This document shows positions 9,397 to 18,621 of a stretch of DNA of 64,000 nt, piece after piece; within the stretch, counting starts at the first letter, position 1, and each line of letters begins with the position of its first letter. Below the pieces are notes generated by a model that had not been told where the DNA came from, searched no databases, and saw nothing but the letters and a program-made list of their open reading frames with translations. The position numbers were made by a program, and so were the translations under genes. Origin of the DNA: Nitrospirota bacterium (GTDB taxonomy: Bacteria > Nitrospirota > UBA9217); contig CAWCKW010000003.1 of the NCBI GenBank assembly GCA_963796285.1, positions 290,128-354,127 of the forward strand. Direction: 5' to 3'.

Positions 9397-12300
9397 TTAG
9401 TTGATCTGCATCTTGAACATCACGGTAAAACTTGCACCGCCTCCGTTCAGCGTCCCGCTGGGTTTGATGCGCACCCCTTTGACCAGCGGATCGTAACCGA
9501 TGGTTGTGGGGGGATAGACATAAGGCGGACCGCCGCCGGACTGATACGAATAGGAAACCGCGTTCGCATAGGTCCACGGCGTCGTCAGGCCGCAGCTGCT
9601 GCACGAGAAGGTTACCGCGATGCCGGCGGTATCGACGTACATGGTCGTATTGGCCGGGACGACGTCCGAGACGACAATCGAGTCCGCGTCCGCCACGCCG
9701 CCGCCATTGTTGATCACCTGAATCGTATATTGGATCTCCGCGCCGGGGATCGCCTTAGCTGACGCTGACACCCCGTTGATGGGATCGGAGATGACCGACG
9801 CTGATTTCACGACCATGATATTCGGCAGCAACTGCACGAGGAACGTGCCCACGCCGGTGTCCGATACCGTGTTTTCCGTCCCTTCCTTGGCCGTGATGCT
9901 ATAGGTCCAGATTCCGCCGGGGCCGGCGCCGGGCACCGTGTACGCGTACTCGTATGTATTGGTCCCTGAGGTGGACGATACTATGTTGGTTAACGTGGCG
10001 GCGCTCACGAGCGTATTGTTGTTCGGGTCCTTGATCGTGATCGCTGCTGAGGAGATATCGAAGCTTCCGAAGGGATCGCTCACCACCGGCCGCAGATAGA
10101 CCGTCTGACCGCCGGCATAGTTGCCTGATGCGGGGGTCGACGTACTGGGATACGTCGCAAGATAGGCGTTGACGCTGTTCACGGTGATGACTGTTGAGAC
10201 CGGCAGTACTGTTTTGGAGATGCTATTGCCCAAGGTAGTGTCCACCGGATACACCAGGATGCTGCGGCCTGCAGAGCTGTTGTTGGTTATCGTAAGGGTC
10301 AGGTAGTTGCCCGCGGTGCACGTGCGGGGGAGCGCGGCGCTCGTCAGGGTCACGTTCATCGTGGTTGTGGCTGCGGAGAAGAGCGTCCGCGTCGTGGTTC
10401 CGGTGAAGGCATTGGCGCCCCAGCTCGCCGAGCAGTTGAGCGTTGCCGCCGCGGTGTGATTGGTGTTATTGTTGCCCGCAAGGCTTCGCAGATAGAGCGT
10501 CAGGGGGACGTTCGCGGTGATCGTGACGTCTTTACGCAGAGGCTGGGTCTGGAGCGACCAGACAGCGGAGGCGGCGCTCGCGATCGTGATCGCGGTCGTG
10601 TTCGGCGCGACTGCAGATGACGGCGTTCTCGACATAAGGTAGGGGGAGCTTGCCCCGCCGTAGAAATAGAGCGGCTTATTGCCGATCAGCGAGACGATCG
10701 TGGCCGTGGTCGAGGACACTGCAGGCCCTGCGCCCACCGGAAGGGTGATGTTCGCTGTGTTGGCGATCGAGCCCGACATTGCCGAGACCGTGGCGTTGAA
10801 GACGATGGTTACTGAGCCACTCGCCGGGACCGTGATGCTCCGGATGTCAAGCGTTGTGGCGGTGGAAAAGTCCGCGGCGCCGGAAGGTATGCTTACCACC
10901 AGGAGGCTCGATAGATTTGTCGAAATCGTGTCAGTGACCTGCGCGCCGAAGGCCGTCACCGTCGAAGAACTGTTGATGAGCGTGATCGTGTACTGCAGGA
11001 CATCGCCGGGATTCACGTTGCCGCCGCCGGGGCCGCCGCTCAGGTCCGTCCAGGTCTTCGTGGATGTCGAGAGGTTCGGCGTTTGAACCGTGGTGGTGTC
11101 GGTAACCGTATAAGCATTTACTACCGGCCCCGATGAATTGGTGAACGTGAACGTGGCCCGTGTTACGATCTGGTCGATGGTGCCGGTCGGCGCGGACGAG
11201 AGGACCGTGTCCTTCACCAGGATGCAGATCGGCGTTCCCGCAGTCGCGCTGATGGAACCCGGCAATGCAATATCGCCCGCGTTGTAGATTCCACTGCAAT
11301 CCACATCCTGATACAGAACGACCGCAGGCCAGGTCGGCTGACTTCTGCTGTTCACAGCGAAACTGACCATACCGCCCGACCCGGGCGAAAATGTATGTGC
11401 GTAATAAAGCTGGGCAAGCTGCCCGCCGCTCAGAGCGAGCGAGGACGGAGACAGGATATTGTCCGGGACATTGCTGAGTACAAGGCCGGTGATCTCGGTC
11501 CCCCGGGTAAACGTGAAGGTGACATCGCGACTGCCGAGGTTCACCCCAGAACCAACGGCGCTGCCAGGGTTGTAGTTCACCATGGAGTATCCTGCCGGAA
11601 TCGTAGTCTCCGTGACCCGAGCCTTCGTGAAGTTAGTGCCCCAGGGCACGTAGAGCGAATAGGCCCCGTTAGCGTCGGTTGTGGCCGTGTCGATGGAAGT
11701 ACAGCTGCTGTCGTCACAGATGCTCACGTTCATGCCGGAGAGGCCCGTCTCTCCTGCGTTCTGGACACCGTTGTTGGCGTTCGCACCCACGGCGGCCCCA
11801 TCGTCCTTTAACGCAAGTCCGTCGATGCGGGTCCCGTTCAAGACACCGAAGTTCTGGTTGGTCAGATTCGATGAGCCCACCGCCACGCCGGAGAGGGTGT
11901 AATTGACCGGACTCGTGTAGATCCACTGGGTAGAGGGGAAGGACGGGTCGAAGGCAGTGTTGTTCGTGGTACTCAGGATAATCGTGTACGTGTCGTTGGT
12001 CGGCACGAGATTGAATGTGTAGGTTCCCGCGGCCTGATCGACCGATGTGATCGAAAGTGCGGAAACGAGATTGCTCGACCGGAAGAGCTTCGCATAAATG
12101 CCGGCAAGATTGGGGCTGTTCTCACCAGCGTCCCGGATGCCGCTGTGGTTGGCGTCGTTGTAGACCATGCCCGAGACAGTTGTTGAAGGACCCGACAGCG
12201 CGACCGTGGTGGTGTCGGTCACGTTGTAAGTGCCGGTCAGCGGCCCGATGGAGTTGGTGAACACGAATGTCGCCCGGGTGACAATCTGGTCCGTGATCCC

Positions 12301-14604
12301 GAGCGTTATGCCTGCGGGGATCGTTTCTTTGACCAGGATGCAGAGCGGCGTTCCAACGCTGGCAATAAACGAGGCGGGCAGCGCGATGTCGCCCGCGTCA
12401 TAGGAACCGTTGCAGTTTACGTCCTTATAGAGCGTCTTCAGCCATGTCTGGGTCTGGCTGGAAACAACGAAACTGACCGTCCCGCCGCTCCCGGGCGTAA
12501 ACACATGACCAAAATAGACCAAGGAGGGGGAACTGCCTATCTGTGTTAGAGAAGAAGGCGAGAACACATTGTCTTGTATGTCGCCGAAGATGATGCCGTT
12601 GTACTTGTTGTATAGCGTGTAAGTGAACTGGATGTATTCGGGCGGTCCCATGGTGTAAGCGCCGCCGGTGCTCCCGACATTGGCGTTCACCGACAGGTAA
12701 CCCGCGGGATTGGTCTCGTAAACCCTCAGCGTCTTACTTGCCGTGTTCGTAAACAGCATGAAGGTGCCGCCGCTGTCAGTGGTTGTAGTGTCATAGGTCG
12801 TGCCGCCGGTATTGTTCGTAAGCCAGACCGTCACGCCGGAGACCCCGGTCTCGGCCGCGTTCAGCACACCGTCGTTGGCATTTGATGGAGCGCCATTGTA
12901 CCCGTTGTCATTGATCACCCTGCCAAAAATGCGGGAGCCATGGTACACGCCGAAGTTCTGGCTGCTCACGCTGGAGCCGCCAACGATCACATTCGAGAGC
13001 GTGAAATTGAGAGGGTTCGTGTCGACCCATTGGGCCGTAAATAGCGGCGTCGGGTCGATCAGGCTGTTGTTTGTACTCAGAATGATCGTGTAATTCTCAT
13101 AGGAAGGCACGTTCACAAACGTGTAAGACCCCGCGGTTACCAGCACGGCCTGCAGGGCCGTGATCATATTGCTGGATCGGAATAGTTTCGCGTAATAATT
13201 ACTTCCCGTGTTGGCCGCCGTTTCACCGCCATCAAGGGTACCGTTATGGTTGGCATCATTGAAGACAAAGCCCGAAACAGAAACAGTAGCGCCGGTCACG
13301 GTTGCAAGCACGGACGCGCTGTTGTTGCCGGAGTTGTAGTCCGTGATCACCGCAGGCACGGTCAATGAAGCCGTGTTCATGATCTGGGTGCCTGGCGTCG
13401 CGGAGCCGCTCACCGTCCCCCGTACCGTATAGGTCACCGAACCGTTAAAAGGCAGTGTAGCGGTGCCGGCGCTCGCGATGTTGATCGTGCCGGTACCCGA
13501 AGCGCTGCCGCAGACTCCGCCGCCTGAGCCGGTACAGGTCCAGGTGACGCCGGTCACGAGGGCCGGAAAAGTATCATCGATCGGCACATTGACGGCTGTC
13601 GTATTGGCAGGACCGTAGTTCTTCGCTGTGATCGTATAATTGATCTGACCGTTCGCCGTAACCGAGGGATTCGAAACGAGTTTGGTGATCGCGAGATCAA
13701 TGTCCGTCTGGAGCGGGTCTATCAGCAGGTTTCGGATCTCATGGTAGTTCGTGGAGCCGCCGGTGCTTGCCGCATAACCGATCTTGACCGAAGCTGGTAT
13801 CGGCCTGCCGGTAAAGAGTCCCGTGATCACCGGCGTCACTGGCTGGTTATAGCCGAACTGGATATAGGTATCGACCTGCAGGTAATTTGGCGCAGGGACC
13901 GGCGTCAGTTTGATCACGACCTTGCGGTATTGGGAACTATACTGGATCGGCCGATAAAACTGGTTGTTGAAAGCGAGTTGATTTCCTGCTATGGCGCCCG
14001 ATCCGCCAAGCCAGTAATAGGCACCCGAGGGATGATTGTACGGCCCGCGAACGCCCACTTCGTTCACCTGCTGACCTGGCCCGCCAAGGCGTCCCTCGCT
14101 GGGATTCGAGAAGTTCCCATACTCGTCAATGCCGATGCCGATGTATCCGCCGGTGAGGCCTGAATGAAGCGGGGCCACGGTTTTTTTATCGTATCCGAGG
14201 GAACCGCCTGAAGCGCCGGGCGCGAAGGTCATTGCATCATAGGACCCGTCAAAAAGAAAGACGCTGTATCCGTCGGCCCCATTCCCGCCCCAGGTCGCGT
14301 AATCGAACTGGATGACCACACCCGTGGAGATATCAAAGGGAGAATCGAAGAAGGCGAACCCCGACTGATTTGTGAGAGGTTCGGTGATTCGCAGCCAGCC
14401 GTCCCCGGCGGTGTCGACGCCGGTACTTGCAGTAAGGTAGGCGCTTCCGCCGATCACCCATCCGGGAGAGGACATGCCGGTCATTGGCTCATTGACGATC
14501 GAGGCCCAGGCGCTGTTACTGAAAAGCCACCCCGAAACTACCAGGATAAATACGAGTATTCTCAGTGAGGAACGAAACCCCGAACTTCTATTTGGGATTG
14601 TCAT
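9397..14604 (-). CDS. Large secreted adhesin: L-type lectin-like N-domain, DUF11 domains, duplicated SdrD-B modules, C-terminal DUF11
   Basis: 1735 aa. Legume-lectin-like motifs GADGYSVFL, GASGGSLGY, GIGIDEYGNF and GYAASTGGSTNYHEI. Ca-binding-type DxNxNG motifs (NDANHNG, NDANHSG). Three DUF11 domains. Confidence 0.85.
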   Translation of the reverse strand: MTIPNRSSGFRSSLRILVFILVVSGWLFSNSAWASIVNEPMTGMSSPGWVIGGSAYLTASTGVDTAGDGWLRITEPLTNQSGFAFFDSPFDISTGVVIQFDYATWGGNGADGYSVFLFDGSYDAMTFAPGASGGSLGYDKKTVAPLHSGLTGGYIGIGIDEYGNFSNPSEGRLGGPGQQVNEVGVRGPYNHPSGAYYWLGGSGAIAGNQLAFNNQFYRPIQYSSQYRKVVIKLTPVPAPNYLQVDTYIQFGYNQPVTPVITGLFTGRPIPASVKIGYAASTGGSTNYHEIRNLLIDPLQTDIDLAITKLVSNPSVTANGQINYTITAKNYGPANTTAVNVPIDDTFPALVTGVTWTCTGSGGGVCGSASGTGTINIASAGTATLPFNGSVTYTVRGTVSGSATPGTQIMNTASLTVPAVITDYNSGNNSASVLATVTGATVSVSGFVFNDANHNGTLDGGETAANTGSNYYAKLFRSSNMITALQAVLVTAGSYTFVNVPSYENYTIILSTNNSLIDPTPLFTAQWVDTNPLNFTLSNVIVGGSSVSSQNFGVYHGSRIFGRVINDNGYNGAPSNANDGVLNAAETGVSGVTVWLTNNTGGTTYDTTTTDSGGTFMLFTNTASKTLRVYETNPAGYLSVNANVGSTGGAYTMGPPEYIQFTYTLYNKYNGIIFGDIQDNVFSPSSLTQIGSSPSLVYFGHVFTPGSGGTVSFVVSSQTQTWLKTLYKDVNCNGSYDAGDIALPASFIASVGTPLCILVKETIPAGITLGITDQIVTRATFVFTNSIGPLTGTYNVTDTTTVALSGPSTTVSGMVYNDANHSGIRDAGENSPNLAGIYAKLFRSSNLVSALSITSVDQAAGTYTFNLVPTNDTYTIILSTTNNTAFDPSFPSTQWIYTSPVNYTLSGVAVGSSNLTNQNFGVLNGTRIDGLALKDDGAAVGANANNGVQNAGETGLSGMNVSICDDSSCTSIDTATTDANGAYSLYVPWGTNFTKARVTETTIPAGYSMVNYNPGSAVGSGVNLGSRDVTFTFTRGTEITGLVLSNVPDNILSPSSLALSGGQLAQLYYAHTFSPGSGGMVSFAVNSRSQPTWPAVVLYQDVDCSGIYNAGDIALPGSISATAGTPICILVKDTVLSSAPTGTIDQIVTRATFTFTNSSGPVVNAYTVTDTTTVQTPNLSTSTKTWTDLSGGPGGGNVNPGDVLQYTITLINSSSTVTAFGAQVTDTISTNLSSLLVVSIPSGAADFSTATTLDIRSITVPASGSVTIVFNATVSAMSGSIANTANITLPVGAGPAVSSTTATIVSLIGNKPLYFYGGASSPYLMSRTPSSAVAPNTTAITIASAASAVWSLQTQPLRKDVTITANVPLTLYLRSLAGNNNTNHTAAATLNCSASWGANAFTGTTTRTLFSAATTTMNVTLTSAALPRTCTAGNYLTLTITNNSSAGRSILVYPVDTTLGNSISKTVLPVSTVITVNSVNAYLATYPSTSTPASGNYAGGQTVYLRPVVSDPFGSFDISSAAITIKDPNNNTLVSAATLTNIVSSTSGTNTYEYAYTVPGAGPGGIWTYSITAKEGTENTVSDTGVGTFLVQLLPNIMVVKSASVISDPINGVSASAKAIPGAEIQYTIQVINNGGGVADADSIVVSDVVPANTTMYVDTAGIAVTFSCSSCGLTTPWTYANAVSYSYQSGGGPPYVYPPTTIGYDPLVKGVRIKPSGTLNGGGASFTVMFKMQIN

Positions 14605-14721
14605 GTGTTCATCCCCATGGTTGAACAGTTTTTTGCATTGTTGAACAAAATTTGCATATATAACCAGGTTATGATTTGCCCCCGTAATCCTTCAGGGCGT
14701 TATTAATATCCAATATGCTTG

Positions 14722-14749
14722 ATTATACAGAAATATAAATTATTGTCAA
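14722..14749 (-). promoter_or_regulatory. sigma70-type promoter of the DUF11 operon
   Basis: Minus strand reads TTGACA-16nt-TATAAT, preceded by an A-tract. Confidence 0.7.
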
Positions 14750-15392
14750 TACTTTTTTTTGTTGTTTTATCGGCATTAGAATAGCCGGTCTTTCTTCAAA
14801 GCGTCGGTGCCACAATGCGAGCTTGTAAGACTCCAAGTCCTCGCTCCGGGAGCTGATTATTTTAATAATGCAGGGCTTTTCTTAGTGCTTTCGTATCATA
14901 GGTGGGGTAATTTTTTGCAGACTAACATCAAGCGGTAATGTTTAATCTAAAAAAAACAGCAGTTATGCACGCAAGGCCGCCCCGATAGATCCAGGCGAAG
15001 TCAGGCTCCGGACGTTAAGAAAAAAGAAAAGCTTGTTAATGACTTCATCCAGTTAGCGATGCCTTTTTTCGGATCAAGCGCTTATTTATTCTGTATGATC
15101 CGACCTATGTGGACCTTCACTTGTATATCTGTGACTAAATGCTCTTTATAGGTTTAAGAATTGTGCGCTTTTGTAATACAGGCTATTCTGGTTTTTTGAT
15201 CAAGACCATGAAGATAATTTTTCCTAACTTCTTTGCGATTGGCGTTTCGGTTAATATGCCATGGTATATTAACGATTAATACATGAAATCTCCCTCAAAT
15301 AATTACTGTGAAATGCGGCCGCTCATTATAGTACGGCATCAGCATGCGGAGAGGCCTTGCTCATCCTCGTTTCTACAGCCGGCCGGGCACGC

Positions 15393-15475
15393 AAAACAAC
15401 ACAGGCGGTGATTTCTCACCGCCTGTGTCATCATCCTGGTCATCAACGAGGGGCAGCCGCTCAGGGCTGCCCCTC
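15393..15475 (-). terminator. Two tandem hairpins downstream of the small membrane-protein pair
   Basis: GAGGGGCAGCC/GGCTGCCCCTC (15448-15475) and ACACAGGCGGTGA/TCACCGCCTGTGT (15399-15428). The second has a T-rich tail on the minus strand. Confidence 0.7.
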
Positions 15476-15510
15476 CAAAATAATTTTATGATCAGCTTGC
15501 AGAAATTCGA

Positions 15511-15822
15511 CTACGCCTTCTCTGCTGCCTTCTCTCTCATCGCACTCGGCGCGGATACGAGGTAGCCCATCGCCGTGCCGATCAGCCCGCCGACCACGAG
15601 GCAGACCGCTGCTGCGCAGGCGATCCCGACCACGATCCCCATCACGATTATTGCCCGCGCTATGAGGGTCGGCTCAACTGTCCCGCCCATCAGCTTCTGG
15701 AGCAGGATCAGCGTCCCGAAGCTGCCGAAGTAGAACCCCGGCATGATCCCGAATACCAGAAACACCACCCCCCCTATTGATGCTCCGATCTTCATTCCTG
15801 TTTTGACTGTCTCGTTCTTCAT
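15511..15822 (-). CDS. Small Gly-rich membrane protein, unknown function
   Basis: 103 aa with AAAGGAG SD and hydrophobic helices. Paralogous to the upstream gene (FGIMPGFYFG versus FGLLPGSLLGG). Confidence 0.85.
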   Translation of the reverse strand: MKNETVKTGMKIGASIGGVVFLVFGIMPGFYFGSFGTLILLQKLMGGTVEPTLIARAIIVMGIVVGIACAAAVCLVVGGLIGTAMGYLVSAPSAMREKAAEKA

Positions 15823-15882
15823 GGCGAATCTCCTTTCAGCCGCAGCTGTTATATTTTGTTGAATAGTATCTTGCCCCTCTGT

Positions 15883-16203
15883 TTATCTCTGGCCCGCTTT
15901 TGCTTCTTCCGGCTCTTTGGCATGCGTGCCCGATTCAAGGGCCTTGCCGACAAGCCAGCCGACCGTTGATGTGGCCGTTACCATCACGATGCCGGCTACC
16001 AGAACTCCGAGGAGCATGGATGCGAGTACGATGACCCTCGATACCAGTCCCGGCTGGAGGGGAAGCCCAAAGAACCATCCCGCGATATTGATGCCCATCG
16101 CGCCGCCCAGCAGGCTGCCCGGCAGAAGCCCAAAGAGCGCGAAGAGCACCAGTCCTGCGCCTGCCCCGATGTATGCTGTCTTTCTTGCTATTGTGGTCTT
16201 CAT
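15883..16203 (-). CDS. Small Gly-rich membrane protein, unknown function
   Basis: True start is MKTTIARK at 16203 with AAGGAGG SD. The longer ORF-track start would overlap its own promoter. Confidence 0.85.
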   Translation of the reverse strand: MKTTIARKTAYIGAGAGLVLFALFGLLPGSLLGGAMGINIAGWFFGLPLQPGLVSRVIVLASMLLGVLVAGIVMVTATSTVGWLVGKALESGTHAKEPEEAKAGQR

Positions 16204-16241
16204 TGTCGTTTCCTCCTTTTCGTTCGTCTTGCTTAGATAAA

Positions 16242-16258
16242 TTGCATCAACCATGCCA
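16242..16258 (-). promoter_or_regulatory. sigma54 (-24/-12) promoter
   Basis: Minus strand TGGCAT-GGTTG-ATGCA with GG-N10-GC spacing, about 40 nt upstream of ATG 16203. Confidence 0.75.
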
Positions 16259-16494
16259 AAACCCAACTGATTGATTTTATGAATATCGGCCGGGCCAATG
16301 ATTTTGCAAAACTGAGAAAATAGCAATGACAAACGACATAAGTGCGAAGAACGCACCAGCAGACGGAAGGGAAAAATCACCGATCAAAGCGAATGCCTCG
16401 TTACGATAATTAACAGAGAATCTTACTCTTGTTGCCGGATACAGTGGGAAAAACAGCCTTGACTGCCATTAAAAAAATATGATAGACTCCGCAA

Positions 16495-17817
16495 ATGCAC
16501 GTACCATTCACTAAACAGATCATTTTTATCGGTCTTTTGTTACATCTCGTCATGACGGTTTCCCCCTCCTGTGCGCAGGAACACGCGAACAGGGATTATG
16601 AAATAGCGGTTGCCAAGGGCACGCTGCAAATTGAGACCGGTGAATACAGTGAAGCCATTGCGTCACTTAACAAAGCGCTGGAAATCAAAGAAGATGACAA
16701 GGCGGCCACCCAGTCGCTCGGCATCGCTTATTCACGGTCAGGAGACTTTACTGCCGCCCACAGGGTCCTGCTGAAGGCCCTTGAGATCGACAGAACCGAT
16801 TTTCGGACCCGCTATGAACTTGGCATTTCGAGTTACAAGCTCGGGGATTCGGAAAATGCCGGGCGCCTGTTCCGTGAAGTTGCCGACGGCGGTGCTGAGG
16901 AGCAACTGACGATCGGCGCAAAAAGGTATCTTGACCTCCTGTCTTCAGAAGAAGCTGGACATAAGAAAGAGGCGTTCACCCTGGACGTGCTCGCCGGGCT
17001 CCAGTATGACTCGAACGTTATTCTGGAACCGTCTGACGCAGCAGCCTCGGACGGAAAAAAGGCGGATTGGCGCGCTATCGCGATGGTGAACGCCGCATAC
17101 CCGTTGATAAAGATGGAACGCACAACCGCCGAAGCAGGGTACCGCTTTTACCAGAGCGTGCACAACAGCATTCAGGGCTTCAATGTCCAGCAGCACAATC
17201 TCGGCCTCGGCGCAAAGATCGTTGTTGCCGATGATGTGCGGGCAGGCCTGAACTACCAGTATAGCTATTCACTTGTGGGAGGAGACCGCTACAGCATTAT
17301 TCACCAGATCATGCCGTTAGTGTCCCTGGATCTCTCTTCATATCAGACCGCAGAACTTGCCTATACCCATGAGTCAAAGAAGTTCTTCGATAACAGCGAC
17401 TTTATCGGGAATACCGACCGGTCCGGGAACAACAACGCTGTTGGTTTGACCTATCGTCATGAACTTGGCAAGGACCTTGGTGTTTCAGCGGGCTATGCCT
17501 ATGACAAGGATTTCACATCCGCATCCAATTGGTCATATACGGGTCACAAAGGGTCCGCGGGCGCACACGCGGTATTCTCCGGCTTCACGTTTTTTGCGGG
17601 ACTGTCGTACACTGCCAGGAACTATGGTGACACGTTTCCCGGGTTTACGGACAAGCGGAACGACCGAGTGCAGGAATATTCATTGAACATCGTCCGGGAA
17701 ATCTCCAGGCGCATGAGAATCGACCTATCGGAGCTGTATGTGAAGAACCAGTCGACCCTTTCACCCTATGACTACAGCAGAAATATAGTGGGGCTCTCGG
17801 TGGTCGTGACATTATGA
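16495..17817 (+). CDS. TPR-containing outer-membrane beta-barrel protein (Slam/DUF560-like or NsrA-like)
   Basis: Signal peptide and N-terminal TPRs. The barrel starts at AGLQYDSNV and ends YDYSRNIVGLSVVVTL. Confidence 0.75.
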   Translation: MHVPFTKQIIFIGLLLHLVMTVSPSCAQEHANRDYEIAVAKGTLQIETGEYSEAIASLNKALEIKEDDKAATQSLGIAYSRSGDFTAAHRVLLKALEIDRTDFRTRYELGISSYKLGDSENAGRLFREVADGGAEEQLTIGAKRYLDLLSSEEAGHKKEAFTLDVLAGLQYDSNVILEPSDAAASDGKKADWRAIAMVNAAYPLIKMERTTAEAGYRFYQSVHNSIQGFNVQQHNLGLGAKIVVADDVRAGLNYQYSYSLVGGDRYSIIHQIMPLVSLDLSSYQTAELAYTHESKKFFDNSDFIGNTDRSGNNNAVGLTYRHELGKDLGVSAGYAYDKDFTSASNWSYTGHKGSAGAHAVFSGFTFFAGLSYTARNYGDTFPGFTDKRNDRVQEYSLNIVREISRRMRIDLSELYVKNQSTLSPYDYSRNIVGLSVVVTL

Positions 17818-18605
17818 TGAATCTTCTGCGCATACACATCCTCGTTGCGTTCGCCGCGCTGCTCGCGGCCCCGTTCGCTTCCGCTGCCGCGGACAAAGCC
17901 GGCGACATTGTCTCCCTGCGCGGCAAGGCCGTCATCAAGCGACTGACTAAAAAAGATATCTCTGCGACGCCGAAGACGCCTCTTCTGGAGTCCGATCAGG
18001 TGATTACCCTGGAAAAGTCCCGCATGAAGATGCTCTTCAGGGACGATAGCGTACTCACCCTCGGCGCGAACAGCAAACTCATCATCAGGAAGTATCTCTA
18101 CAGCCCGGAAAACAAACGCAGTGAATCGATCTATGAGCTCGCCGACGGAAAATTACGGGCCGTTGTCGGAAGTAAGGAGTTCACGGTAACGACCCCAACC
18201 GCATTGACCGCTGCCCGTGGCACGGTGTTCATCACCTGGTACGACAAAGGAATAGACAGCACGGGCGTGGCTGTCATCGAAGGAAGCGTGCTTGTGCAGA
18301 GCAGTGACGAGACGATCAAGGGCTCGCGCACCCTGACGGCAGGTCAGATGGTGTTCGTGCCCGCGCATCAGCCCCCGGGAACGCCGGTCCCCATTAATTT
18401 TCAGTCGGACATCGGCCGGGGAAGCGAGGTCGGCGTGATCATCGCCGAGGTAAGCGGTGATGCGCCTCCGGACCCTCTTGTGCCGCCACGGGTGTTCGGC
18501 GGACGCGACATCAGAGACGTGATGCGGATCTTTCCTGCCGCCCCGCCGCTGGACCAGGCTCCAAAAAGTGTGACAACAGTAAATCTGAATCTGACATTCC
18601 AGTAG
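17814..18605 (+). CDS. Periplasmic FecR-domain protein
   Basis: Signal peptide, FRDDSVLTLGANS and TPTALTAARGTVF FecR motifs, Pro-rich tail. Start overlaps the upstream stop. Confidence 0.85.
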   Translation: MMNLLRIHILVAFAALLAAPFASAAADKAGDIVSLRGKAVIKRLTKKDISATPKTPLLESDQVITLEKSRMKMLFRDDSVLTLGANSKLIIRKYLYSPENKRSESIYELADGKLRAVVGSKEFTVTTPTALTAARGTVFITWYDKGIDSTGVAVIEGSVLVQSSDETIKGSRTLTAGQMVFVPAHQPPGTPVPINFQSDIGRGSEVGVIIAEVSGDAPPDPLVPPRVFGGRDIRDVMRIFPAAPPLDQAPKSVTTVNLNLTFQ

Positions 18606-18621
18606 CACGCGGGGCAATGAC

